Of a stretch of 64,000 bases of DNA, positions 40,461 through 53,018 are shown piece after piece (the first letter of the stretch is position 1; each line of letters begins with the position of its first letter). A program made the translations under genes and the position numbers. Origin of the DNA: Octopus vulgaris. Taxonomy: Eukaryota. The notes under the pieces were generated by a model, which worked only from the letters and a program-made list of their open reading frames with translations, did not search any database and had not been told where the DNA came from. Location of the stretch: NCBI GenBank assembly GCA_951406725.2, contig OX597834.1, positions 6,820,001-6,884,000 on the forward strand, in the 5' to 3' direction.

Positions 40461-40800
40461 TACGATGGGCTTCTTTTCAGTTTCCGTCAACCAAATCCAC
40501 TCACAAGGCATTGGTTGGCCCGGGGCTATAGTAGAAGACACTTACCCAAGATGCCACGCAGTGGGACTGAACCCAGAATCATGTGGTTGGTAAGCAAGCT
40601 ACTTTATTTCATAAAAATTGTCATCATAGACAGTACAAAGAGTGGGTGGCTTTGCGGGTTGGACAAACACATTAATGAATGAAAATGAAATAAAATGAAT
40701 AAATGAGAGACGAAACCCAACACCTGCCGATTGGATTTTTCTCGAAAACATATTTTCTTTTTTTAAAAATCCATACTTACCACACAGCCACTCCTGCACC
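40160..40800 (-). mobile_element. SINE family A with a 169-bp insertion in its head
   Basis: Sequence breaks after TACTT (40600-04) and resumes with TACTT (40774-78). Confidence 0.88.
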
Positions 40801-41557
40801 TATTGTGGTTTTAAAGAAATCTTTTTCTCACCTGATTTAAAAATTTTATGTTGAATTTCTTTTTCTGGAAATTTCCCCTTGTTTGGTTTTTGCATTTGTC
40901 TTTTCAGCTTTTGTTTAGAAATTTCCACTTGTAATTATAATTCCTACCTCACTGCCTGATGGACTACAGAATGGTGCCGGTAGCGAACTTAGTGTTTGCT
41001 CATCTATTTGAGATTCTGCGTATTAAGCTATTTTCTATGCCATCCTTGGAGTTTTGGCTGGTGGTTCTTTGGAAACTGGGTTTTTGTTCATTTTGCTTTT
41101 CATTTGTTTCTTTTTCTTTACTTTTGCTTCATCCTTCTCATTCTCTAGGGTACTCAGCTCTGAGATGAATTTTACTTCGACAAATTCAACAACTTGGCAT
41201 TCCACCCTGTATAAATCAATTTTAAGCGTTTTATCTCAGCACTTTCTAAAAGGCACATTTTCAATATGGTTTTGTGGTCTTAAGATGTCATTAGGATTTG
41301 CAGGTCCACTTTAATGTATTGTGGTGTCCTTTAACCTTATGTTAACCCTGCTTTGACATCTTTGTCATACTGTGATCCAAAAGTCCTGACTAACCCTCTG
41401 TAGAACACCATAGTGGAATTTCCACCAACTGCATTGCCTAACTGAAAGAGGAGTGTGAGCGCCTGATGACACTCTGGGTGCCAGGTGCCCTGCCTTGGTC
41501 TGTGCCTGATCCAGCACTGCAGCTCAGTCAAAGAGACAAGCTGTGGAAAATGGCATC

Positions 41558-41579
41558 TGGGAGGAGGAGGAGGAGGAGG

Positions 41580-41610
<31 letters not shown>

Positions 41611-41728
41611 GAAGAAGAAGAAGAAGAAGAAGAAGAAGAAGAAGAAAGAAGGAGAAGAAGAAGAAGAAGAAGAAGAAGAAGAAAGAAAGAAGGAGAAGAA
41701 TAAGGAGAAGAAGAAGAAGAAGAAGAAG
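41558..41728. repeat. (GGA)n(GAA)n microsatellite
   Basis: Read directly. Confidence 0.95.
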
Positions 41729-41949
41729 GGTTTCAAATTTTTACATAAGGTTAGCTATTTCAGGGGAGGGTTATGTCAGATAGGTCAGCCCCAGTGCTCA
41801 ACTGGTACTTATTATATTGAGTCCAGAAGGATGAAATGGTAATGTTGAATTCAGCAGAATTAGAACTCAGAATGTAATGAGTCACGGGAAATACAACAAA
41901 GTATTTTTCCTGATTCTCTAACAGTTCTGCCAAATTTCCCCCTCTTCCT

Positions 41950-42220
41950 CCCCATCACCATCACCATCATCACCACCACCATCACCATCATCATCACCAT
42001 CATCACCATCGTCATCATCATCATCATCGGCATCATCATCATCATCACCATCGTCATCATCATTACCATCATCACCATCACCATCATCACCATCATCATC
42101 ATCATCATCATCACCACCATCACCATCACCATCATCATCATCATCATCATCATCACCATCATCACCATCACCATCATCATCATCATCACCACCACCACCA
42201 CCACCACCACCACCACCACC

Positions 42221-42266
<46 letters not shown>

Positions 42267-42330
42267 CCACCACCATCACCATCACCATCACCATCATCAT
42301 CATTATCATCATCATCATCATCATCGTTGT
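41950..42330. repeat. (CAT/CAC)n microsatellite
   Basis: Read directly. Confidence 0.95.
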
Positions 42331-42854
42331 CATCGTTGTTATTGCCATGTGTCTGCATTTTCTTTTTTCCACGCTGGTTTGTCATTTCCTGCTGACATCA
42401 TTTGGCACAGCATTCCAGAAAACCCCAACCAAATTTGTTGCTCTCCTGTATCTTACTTTGTTGAAATGGTTATATTTCATCATATCACTGGAATTAGAAG
42501 ACGTCCGTTGTCTGCCGTTAGATTAATGATTCCTTTCTACCCTTTATCACTCTTTATTCACAGTCACTCCTCTGTCAGACACATAACTTAGTAATGCGGT
42601 CTGCGAAGTCCTTGTCTCATTTGTATGCAATATTTTTCATGACATAGAACAGACGGGCATATAACAATATATGCGTATGTATATATGTATGTATGTTTAA
42701 ATGGCTAACATGACTCATCCATAGAATAATTATTCCTGTTTCAACACTCGCTTCTCAGATCAAGTCACTTGCCAAGCAAGTAAAACCTCCAGAATTAAAT
42801 ATTTTCTATTCTTAAAAGCAATTTCGTGTTTGTTTGTTTTCTGTGTATACATGT

Positions 42855-42879
42855 CTGTGTGCGTGTGAGTGTGTGTGTT

Positions 42880-42933
<54 letters not shown>

Positions 42934-42971
42934 TTTGTGTGTGTGTGTTTGTGTGTGTGTTTGTGTTTGTT

Positions 42972-43047
<76 letters not shown>

Positions 43048-43220
43048 TGTGTGTGTGCGTGTGTGTGTGTGTGTGTATGCCTCTGTATATATATTAGTAT
43101 GTGTGTGAGTGTTTGTGTGTGTGTTTGTTTGTGTGTGTGTGTGTTTTTGTATGTGTGTGTGTGTTTGTGTGTGTATGTGTGTTTGTGTATGTGTGTGTGT
43201 GTGTGTGTTTGTGTGTGTAT
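42855..43220. repeat. (TG)n microsatellite
   Basis: Read directly. Confidence 0.95.
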
Positions 43221-43871
43221 ATACATGTGCATGCCTCTGTATATATATATATTAGTATGTGCGTGCGTGTTTTAGTATTCCTCTATACAATGGTAAAACT
43301 CCAAACATATTCCATATGCAAATTCCTGACTTCAAATGTAAGTATATATGAGCATTATATTTTAGTCATTTGTCATTATTTTGACACCTCCACATGTCCT
43401 TCCATCTCTCAGCCCTGGTTCCCCCTCACTCTATTCCATTCCCTTTCAATACCCCTCCCTCTAAATATTCTCTCTATCACCTATTTTTTTTCTCTCTCTT
43501 ATTTATTATTAGTGTGAACAAGATTCTAAAGTTGTACTGCAAACTAAATCTACATATCGTGGCATTTGAAGCAGAATTGATTATCTTCATGAAGAAAAAA
43601 ATTTATATATTTTCTTTCTGACATTGGCAACTTTGCTTCTGTACTGCAAGAATTCGGTGTGACTTACAAGTTCTGCAATAATACAGGGCTACAATAATAA
43701 TTTTCTTACATGGCCTCTAATTATCTTTAACTTGTTTCGGTAATTAATAATTGAGATAATCCACAATAATTTCAGTATCATAGAATTTTCAAAAGCCCAA
43801 GATAGTCAAGTAACCCCACCCCTCCCTTGTCTACAACGCATTTACATAGATATGTCTGTTTCTGTATGCAG

Positions 43872-43912
<41 letters not shown>

Positions 43913-44021
43913 TGTGTGTGTGTGCGTGTGTGTGTTTGTGTGTGTGTGCATGCGTGCCTGAAAGAGAAAAAGAGAGTGAGCTGCTATGTTACTGGTTCTT
44001 TATGTTTCCTTTTAAAGTATT

Positions 44022-44430
44022 CAGGAGTTGCTGTGTGGTAAGTAGCTTGCTTATCAACTACATTGTTCCGGGTTCAGTCCCACTGCGTGGCACCTTGGGC
44101 AAATGTCTTCTACTATAGCCTCGGGCCAACCAATGCCTTGTGAGTGGATTTGGTAGACGGAAACTGAAAGAAGCCTGTCGTATATATGTATATATATATA
44201 AGTGTGTGTGTCTGTATGTTTGTGTGTCTGTGTTTGTCCCCCCAGCATTGCTTGACAACCGATGCTGGTGTGTTTACGTCCCTGTCACTTAGCAGTTCGG
44301 CAAAAGAGACCGATTGAATAAGTACTGGGCTTACAAAGAATAAGTCCCGGGGTCGATTTGCTCGACTAAAGGCGCTGCTCCAGCATGGCCGCAGTCAAAT
44401 GACTGAAACAAGTAAAAGAGTAAAAAGAGT
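44022..44430 (+). mobile_element. SINE family A
   Basis: Match to family A. Confidence 0.9.
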
Positions 44431-44486
44431 ATGTCTTTAATGGTCCTGTTTATGCAACTGTTAGAAGTAGGTACTTAATTCCTCAC

Positions 44487-44525
<39 letters not shown>

Positions 44526-45055
44526 CATCATCGTTTAACGTCCACTTTCCATGCTAGCATGGGTTGGACGATTTGACTGAGGGCTGGCGAACTGGATGGC
44601 TGCGCCAGGCTTCAATCTTGGTCTGGCAGATTTTCTACAGTTTGATGCCCTTCCTTACACCGACCACTCCGAGGGTGTAGTGGGTGCTTTTTACATGCCA
44701 CCAGCACAGGGGCCAGTCAGGCGGTACTGGCAATGACCTCGCTCGAACATATATACATATGTACATATATATATCTTTCATTGTCATTTGGTGTCTGTTT
44801 TACATGCTGGCATGGGTTAGATGGTTCGAGTGGAACTGGTAAACCTGAGAACTGCACCAGGCTCCAGTTTGGTTTGGCTTGGTTTCTATGGCTGGATGCT
44901 CTTTGTAATTCCAACCACTCCAAGAGTGTAGTGCATGTGTTTCCCAACGTAGCGCATAGGAAAATTGGAGTGGGGCATGTGTTAGCATGGGGTGAGAAAA
45001 TTTTTGCAAGTGACCTGAGCACATGCGTGTCAACCCTAAGCCTATCTTTGGACAT

Positions 45056-45276
45056 TCTTTTACTCTTTTACTTGTTTCAGTCATTTGACTGTGGCCATGC
45101 TGGAGCACCACCTTTTAGTTGAGCAAATCGACCCCAGGACTTATTCTTTGTAAGTCTAGTACTTATTCTATCGGTCTCTTTTGCCGAACCGCTAAGTGAC
45201 GTGGACGTAAACACACCAGCATCGGTTGTCAAGCGATGTTGGGGGGACAAAAACAGACACACAAACATATACACAT

Positions 45277-45309
<33 letters not shown>

Positions 45310-45468
45310 CATATATACGACAGGCTTTTTTCAGTTTCCGTCTACCAAATCTACTCAAAAGGCTTTGGTCGGCCCGAGGCTATAGTAGAAGACACTTGCC
45401 CAAGGTGCCAAGCAGTGGGACTGAACCCGGAAACATGTGGTTGATAACACAGCCGCTCCTACGCCTAT
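45056..45468 (-). mobile_element. SINE family A
   Basis: Reverse complement of the family A sequence. Confidence 0.9.
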
Positions 45469-45469
45469 A

Positions 45470-46187
45470 GAGATTTAAAAAAATTGTCATGCAATATTTA
45501 TACTCAAATCATAGAAATTGCTAGCTGCAACCAATCAGCATAAAGAGTGAGGCATCGACATTTGTTAGGCATTTGTTTCTTTGTTTCAATATCTATTGTC
45601 CAAGAGAACTAATGAATCATTTTCCATCATCTTATTTGGTCGAATGTTGATTCAGTGCAGTTGACAATTTGCTGGAAGCCAAGAGAAACTGGCTTGAAAT
45701 TACTAAATGTGGCAATTTACGGCTAAAGTTAATGAAATTTGTCTCCTCAAATCAAGGATCTGTGCTGTATGCACCAGGCACAGGGTTCTCACTAAATGAG
45801 TTGGGGTATCCTTCAACCAGGTAATTGGATTAGAAATTGTGTTTCTATATTACAAGAAAAATGTTGATGGGCCCAGATTTTTGGTTATTACCAAGTGGGG
45901 CACCGGAAAATTTGTTATTAAAATGTGGGGCACTGGAAAATTTATTAAAATGTGGGGCACCAGATTTTTTGTTATTAAAAAGTGGGGCACTGGAAAATTT
46001 GTTATTAAAAAGTGAGGCACCAGAAAATTTATTAAAAAGTGGGGCACCAAATTTTTGTTATTAAAAAGTGGGGCACTGGAAATTTTGTTATTAAAAAGTG
46101 GGGCACCAGAAATTTGTTATTAAAAAGTGGGGCACCGGAAAATTTATTAAAAAGTGGGGCACCAGAAAAGAAGCTTGGGAGACACTG
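45470..46187 (+). mobile_element. 3' end of a hAT (Charlie/Buster-type) transposon with a subterminal minisatellite
   Basis: FPSSYLVEC*FSAVDNLLEAKRNWLEITKCGNLRLKL...HQAQGSH*. TIR AAGCTTGGGAGACACTG ends at 46187 and is followed by GTTTAGGG (nnnTAnnn-type site). Confidence 0.85.
45893..46168. repeat. 26-30 bp minisatellite (AAGTGGGGCACCGGAAAATTTGTTATTAAA), about 10 copies
   Basis: Read directly; units are contiguous with no spacers. Confidence 0.93.
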
Positions 46188-46425
46188 GTTTAGGGGGTGC
46201 CTTTTATGTGTCATCGGTGTGGGTCCCTTTAATGTGTCATCAGCGTGGATGCCTTTTACATGTCACTAGCAGTAGCCATGACCATGATTTCACTTGACTT
46301 GAGGTGTCTTCTGAGGCACAGCAAATCGCCAATGGTCTCAATCAATTGTCATCACCTGCACGAGACAATATCTGAAGATGAAAGCATATGCACATACACA
46401 CATATACACAAACAAACAGTAACAC

Positions 46426-46594
46426 AGGTGCAGGAGTGGCTGTGTGGTAAGTAGCTTGCTAACCAATCTGGTTGCAGGTTCAGTCCCACTGCGTGGCATC
46501 TTGGGCAAGTGTCTTCTGCTATAACCCAGGACCAACCAAAACCTTGTGAGTGGATTTGGTAGACGGAAACTGAAAGAAGCCTGTCGTATATATG

Positions 46595-46625
<31 letters not shown>

Positions 46626-47068
46626 TTGTGTGTCTGTGTTTGTCCCCCCAGCATCGCTTGACAACCGATGCTAGTGTGTTTACGTCCCCGTCACTTAGCA
46701 GTTCGGCAAAAGTGGCATCTTGGGCAAGTGTCTTCTGCTATAGCCCCGGGCCGACCAATGCCTTGTGAGTGGATTTGGTAGATGGAAACTGAAAGAAGCC
46801 TGTCGTATATATGTATATATGTGTGTGTGTGTGTGTGCGTGTGTGTGTTTGTGTGTCTGTGTTTGTCCCCCCAGCATTGCTTGACAACCGATGCTGGTGT
46901 GTTTACGTCCCCGTCACTTAGCGGTTCGGCAAAAGAGACTGATAGAATAAGTACTGGGCTTACAAAAAGAATAAGTCCCGGGGTCGATTTGCTCGACTAA
47001 AGGCGGTGCTCCAGCATGGCCGCAGTCAAATGACTGAAACAAGTAAAAGAATAAAAGAGTAAAGAGTA
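46426..47068 (+). mobile_element. SINE family A with an internal tandem duplication
   Basis: After TTCGGCAAAAG (about 46711) the sequence returns to TGGCATCTTGGGCAAG. Confidence 0.88.
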
Positions 47069-47075
47069 AATACGT

Positions 47076-47300
47076 ATACGAGAGAGTGCTGAAAAGTTGT
47101 TGGCTTTGGGTAAATGAGAATACAGAAGGATTGGTTAATTATGATCTTATTCCACATATTCCTCTCTCAGATTCACACAATTATTGCAGTGGTCCTTCAG
47201 TTTTTCTAAGCCCTGTAAAAAAAACCCCTCAGAAGTTTGATACTCCAACCAGGCCTTTTATGATTCCCTTAAAGCCAGGAAATTTTCAGTTCCCACCCTT
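47076..47300. mobile_element. Possible mariner-like terminal fragment
   Basis: TACGAGAGAGTGCTGAAAAGTT resembles TA-CGAGGG..TGAAAAGT mariner TIRs. Confidence 0.4.
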
Positions 47301-47856
47301 CCTAAACTTACATTCACACAAACTCCATTCACACAAACGCATACATGTGAGAATATATATCTAATGTTATAACCGTTACAGAGAAAAGAAGCAGTTGTAA
47401 TAATTGATGATTCGCTGTTGTAGATAAATAGAAAGCTGGCAAATGTTTATATCAAACATAAACCACAAACCTAACTGTAAAACATCGTATAGGGTACTTA
47501 GCCATATCAGCAACAACAATAATGGTCACATTATACTTCATGTTATTATATCCACATCGCAGCACCATGCAAAAAGATGATCCTATGAGAGAATTCTTCA
47601 AGAACAACTGAAGACTCACAAAATTTCAGATGTATTACATTTCATTCATGCTCCATGTATCTGGGATCATATATGGTTTATCATTCTGATCAAAAACATT
47701 CCGGCTTTGACTATTCTGTCAGTCAGAAGTGCTCAGAGGAAATACGTTTAGCGGATGCAAACCCAGGTCCATATTTTTTTTTTACGAAAGTAGTGAAGTT
47801 TTTGCAATCTTAATATCAAAACAAATACTACTACTATAATAATAATAATAATAATG

Positions 47857-47910
<54 letters not shown>

Positions 47911-47913
<3 letters not shown>

Positions 47914-48183
47914 GCAGGAATTCAAAAGATAGTGCTCATGGGAACTGCTCATATCCTACGCAAAATACTTTCTATGTAATCTCAGGGTTTAAAACAAACA
48001 TAATTTAAAAAAAAAATTTTTTTTTTCTGGACATTCACTAGTACAACACCAAAAAAAAACCCCAAATATATGGCACACTAGGCATAACAACAACTTGAAA
48101 TTCCAGCCTGTTGTCTCTTGAGGTCTCTGGGTGAGACTTGGAACCAACTTGTACAAATATAAAGCAAAAGTCAAACATAGAAT
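47911..48183 (+). mobile_element. R4/Dong-like retrotransposon 3' end in (TAA)n
   Basis: IQKIVLMGTAHILRKILSM* (stop 47977-79) plus 3' UTR, with TAA repeats on both sides. Confidence 0.78.
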
Positions 48184-48225
48184 AGTAATAATAATAATTA
48201 TAATAGCCCTGATGCAGGGCTATTA

Positions 48226-48405
48226 TGTAACATACAGAAAATAGCACTTCTAGGCACCGCACACATCCTACGCAAAACACTTTCAATGCAGTGAAAATAA
48301 GAGCATCACAACAAACCACAGCACATACCCAAGGCACACACAGCTGCACTCGGTAGTGCAGTGGAAGTGCAGTGAAAGCATGTGATAAAAATAAGACTAC
48401 TGGAT
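48226..48405 (+). mobile_element. Second R4/Dong-like 3' end with a different 3' UTR
   Basis: NIQKIALLGTAHILRKTLSMQ*, in a TAA/TGA repeat context. Confidence 0.78.
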
Positions 48406-48479
48406 GATAATAATAATGATAATAATAATGATGATGATGATGATGATGGTTTCAAATTTTGGTACAAGGCCAGCAATTT

Positions 48480-48732
48480 TGGGGTTAGGAGCAAGTCAGT
48501 TGCATTGACCCCCCCAGTGCTGGTATTTATTTTATCGACCCCAAAAGGATGAACGGCAAAGTCAACCTTGGCAAAATTACGTTCACTCCACTGTTCAACT
48601 GGTACTTATTTTATTGAGCTTGAAAGGCAAAGTTGACCTCGGTGGAATTTGAACTCAGAACATAAAGACAGATGAAATGCTGTTACGCATTTTGCCCAGG
48701 GTTGTAACGATTCTGCCAGCTTGCCGCCTTAA
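48480..48732 (-). mobile_element. Diverged SINE family C fragments
   Basis: Two partial Meta-like domains and one head. Confidence 0.75.
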
Positions 48733-48971
48733 CTTTCCACCTTAATAATTAACAATTATTATTATATTCGTACATCCATTGAATCAGATAAACCCTACAA
48801 TGGAAAAGTAATTTCAAATCAGCCCCCCAAAAAAGGTTTCTATGCTTGTTCATTTTGGTGAAGAATTTTTTCAGGAGGATGTCCAAAAACTGCAAGTCAG
48901 TTTCAAAACATTGATGTCTTGAAACTGCAAAATTTTGGCAATCATTCTACCATTTAAAAGCAAAAGCTCAT

Positions 48972-48973
<2 letters not shown>

Positions 48974-49021
<48 letters not shown>

Positions 49022-49310
49022 TGTGTACAGTGCTCAGGTGCACTACAACTCATCTAAAGTGTATATATAATCAGGTGTAGTTTCGGCGGATTTCGGAAAG
49101 CATGAGGGCCTTAAAGGATGCAGTGTCATGGCAGTCAACGACTGATGCAGGCAGTTTATTCCATGCTTCAGCAACTCTGAGCGTGAAAAAATGTTTCCGA
49201 AAGTCATGGGAGCTGTGTTGTTTTCTGACTTTGTAGGCATGTCCACGTGTGTTAGACACATGAAGATCAAAAAGGTGTTCAGTGTTGTTGTTGGTGAGGT
49301 GGTTGATAAC
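48974..49310 (-). mobile_element. CR1-group LINE 3' end with (TTA)n tail
   Basis: TRGHAYKVRK...RKHFFTLRVAEAWNKLPASVV...SFK. Confidence 0.85.
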
Positions 49311-49499
49311 TAGGCATTCAACCTGGATGTTAATTTTACTGACTGTTTTTAGTCATTGAATGTTATTTCCTATTTGCTTTTATCAAGACATCAAAGGAAG
49401 TGGCTACTGTTCTCTTCAAACTTTACTTTTGTTACCTGGACATCATGGTTTTGAAACTGACTTATTTTCCATTACATTTCAGACAGATTCAGAATGGAG

Positions 49500-49857
49500 C
49501 TAAGGTGGTGAACTGGCAGAAACGTTAGCATGCCAGGGCAAAATTGCTTAGCGGCATTTTGTCTGTTATTATGTTCTGAGTTCAAATTCTACCAAGGTCG
49601 ACTTTGCCTTTCCTCCTTTCGGGGTCGATTAAATAATTACCAGTTATGCACTGGGGTCGATATAATCGACTTAATTCGTTTGTCTGTCCTTGTTTGTCCT
49701 CTCTGTGTGTAGCCCTTTGTGGGTAGTAAAGAAATAGGTATTTCGTCTGTCGCTACATTCTGAGTTCAAATTCTGCCGAGGTCGACTTTGCCTTTCATTC
49801 TTTCGGGGTCGATTAAATAAGTACCAGTTACACATTGGGGTCGATATAATCGACTTG
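49500..49857 (+). mobile_element. SINE family C, partial tandem dimer
   Basis: Second unit restarts at GTATTTCGTCTG (about 49738). Confidence 0.85.
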
Positions 49858-50136
49858 ATACGTTAAATAATACGTTAATAATAAAATTCTGATGGAGTTG
49901 CTGAAGCAGAAATATCGCTATAACAAATAGTTGTTTGACCATAAACACTTGAGCATGTACCTTAGTGACTGGCAATATGTGCCTCTCTAATTATGAGAAG
50001 GGTTAGCAGGGGAGCATCACATCCGTGTGTTGAGAGGGATTTTGGGGGTTTGAATAAGCATAACAAAAACCAAAGTTTGAAAGAAGTAATTGCCATTTTT
50101 CATACTTTCTAGGGGTAAGCAAACAGGAAATATCAG

Positions 50137-50192
50137 TTGCTACCCAAGGACCAAAATCTCGTTGTAACGAGATTTTGGTCCTTGGGTAGCAA
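50137..50192. repeat. Perfect inverted repeat, 27-bp arms, 2-nt loop
   Basis: TTGCTACCCAAGGACCAAAATCTCGTT-GT-AACGAGATTTTGGTCCTTGGGTAGCAA. Confidence 0.95.
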
Positions 50193-51767
50193 TCCAGTGT
50201 TATGGATATAGGAATTAGCTCTCCTACCTGTTTTGAATAACACATTTACTATGACTTGTAAAATCTCTGAAATTTAACTTTTATAAATAGTAATATTCCT
50301 ACTTTGATGCATGAATTTATAGATCTTCATAACTTTGTTTCATCATATTAAAGATTTAGATGCCTTTGATTTCATTCCACAGTTAAATTTAATACAAGTC
50401 TAACACTTGAACAGTTGTTGTGACAATCATAATAATATTATAGATATTTCTTTTAAAATATTCTAATAAATCACACATTTATCTAAAAGGAGAGTTTTTA
50501 GAATGTGCCTAAGTTCACTAAGTCACGAAGTGTAGAAAATCTGATTTGAACTGTTGACCTTCAACAGCCAACAACCATATGAACATCTCCATCATCTTTT
50601 TCAACTTGCAGCAGCCTGAAGCCTGAAAAATTTTCAATCCTCATGGCAAATGAACCTATTGACATTCCACTAACTTTTCTTCATAAATCACTCTCAATAA
50701 TGATCTTTACCAGTTTTCTCGGATTCCACGTTTCAACATATTTATTTCTGTAGCACATGCATATCATTTATATTTCTTTGACATACAGTCGCTAATGTAA
50801 ATCCCAGAATATTTACTCCACTCACTTGCACTCAAGCTTTCTTCTCGTGATCATCATATCACAAATCCATCAAATCACATTCAATTGTATTCTTTTCTTG
50901 TTAAAAGAAAATTATTTTTCCTAACCATTAAAGTTTCCGAAGAAACCTTTGATTATATGGCGTTGTGAAAATGTTCTCTTCTCTGTTGATAAGTAACGAT
51001 TGATGCTTTATCTCACTGGGGGTGTTATGTGCCTTTAATAAAACTCTAAAACTTCTGTAACCAAGAGAAGAATAGGGATAAAACAGCGGGGGATGTCATG
51101 TTGAATTAACTGAAAAATGACTGACTATTGAGATAAAATCCCCTTAAGTGGGATACAGGATTAAAATAGACTTTGTTGTTCTTTTAACATTACTAACAAT
51201 CTTCTTTCAAATAATCTGTAAATTGTAGTCACATGTACCGTAGAAACAATTCTTCTTTGGTTACCTGATGCAGTTATAGAAAATTTAAAAGGTTAGTTCA
51301 TAGATATAATATCAAAGATTGGTTGCATATCATTTTTGTTCGTTTTCCTATTTGCCAATGAAGAAAATGGATTCAACAGAACTTGCTGGCAGCATGAAAG
51401 CATTATGTACTTGAATGAGCTTGTGAAAATGTACATCAATGAATCAAATTAGATGAAATTTGTTATAGAAATGTTATGGAAAATGTACGTAGATATTTTT
51501 CATGCTTTCATGTCAATGGAATAATTTGCGTTATGAAGTTAAATGTGAGCAAACAGATAAGGGGGCCATCATAGGAAGAAAAGTCAGTTAAATGTTCGTT
51601 TTTATTGGGTTGAGGCTAGGCCCAAGTAGAAGTTAACTGCTATCAAGAGAGAATGAAATGTGAGCAAAATAACATTTGACACATGATTGATACCAGAATA
51701 AAAAGTCAGAAGTGAAAGAAATATACCCAAGTAAAGGAAAGTGAAGGAGAGAGAGAGAAAGAAAGTG

Positions 51768-51822
<55 letters not shown>

Positions 51823-52254
51823 AGAATAAAATTTCATGTCATTATAAGAAAATGACCCTTCACTGGTCTCTGGTTGGTCAAAGCAACAAACATAACAAAC
51901 ATAACAAAGCTGTCAGCCATTAGAATGGCATCCCTGTGTCAAAAGATTGTCAACATTGACAATCCACCTACTTGATGGTCAGTTTTTTTTATGTTGTTGG
52001 AGATAAAGATACATTATTCATGCAACACAAAAACAAATATTAATATTATCTATCTATCTATCTTTCTGTCTGTCTGTGTTTGTCTGTGTGTCTGTCTGTG
52101 TCTGTCTGTGTCTGTCTGTGTGTGTGTCTGTCTGCCTGTCTATCTGGTATCTGTCTGTCTGTCTGTCTATCTATATATCTGTCTATATATATATTTATCT
52201 ATCTATATTTATATCTAACTATCCATCTATCTATCTATCTATCTATCGATCTAT

Positions 52255-52315
<61 letters not shown>

Positions 52316-52318
<3 letters not shown>

Positions 52319-52740
52319 CTCTTTTACTCTTTTACTCTTTTACTTGTTTCAGTCATTTGACTGCGGCCATGCTGGAGCACCGCCTTTTAGTCGAGCAACT
52401 CAACCCCGGGACTTATTCTTTTTGTAAGCCCAGTACTTATTCTATCGGTCTCTTTTGCCGAACCGCTAAGTAACGGGGACATAAACACACAAGCATTGGT
52501 TGTCAAGCAATGCTAGGGGGACAAACACAGACACACAAACAAACACACATACATATATATATATATATACATATATACGACAGGCTTCTTTCAGTTTCCA
52601 TCTACCAAATCCACTCACAAGGCATTGGTCGGCCCGGGGCTATAGCAGAAGACACTTGCCCAAGATGCCACGCAGTGGGACTGAACCCGGAACCATGTGG
52701 TTGGTTAGCAAGCTACTTACCACACAGCCACTCTTGCGCC
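52316..52740 (-). mobile_element. SINE family A
   Basis: Reverse complement of the family A sequence. Confidence 0.9.
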
Positions 52741-52760
52741 TATATATATATATATATATA

Positions 52761-53018
52761 AATTCAGGGTGAATACTTGATAAGTGTAAGCACCTGTATA
52801 TGCCAGCTAGTAGCAGAGGTGAGAGGACATATGCATCAAATGAAATCAAAAACAGAACACAAAGGATGTCGCGGTACACGTGTTTCAAGCTTTATAAAAC
52901 AACCTATTCTTACATCAGTGTGTAATCTACACATTGATGTAAGAATAGGTTGTTTTATAAAGCTTGAAACACGTGTACCGCGACATCCTTTGTGTTCTGT
53001 TTTTGATTCCATTTGATG
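52761..53018. mobile_element. Fold-back element P5: near-perfect arms of about 90 bp (52834-53018) plus a left tail, in (TA)n
   Basis: The arms read as reverse complements and each carries (C/T)TGATGT-AAG...CTT-GAA-ACACGTGT-A. Confidence 0.8.

Noticed and set aside
45893-46168. CRISPR-like periodic repeats (also 53860-54240)
   Set aside because: No unique spacers, no cas genes, eukaryotic context; both lie inside transposons.
50500-50950. Possible remnant of an LTR-retrotransposon pol on the minus strand
   Set aside because: No intact diagnostic motif could be read.
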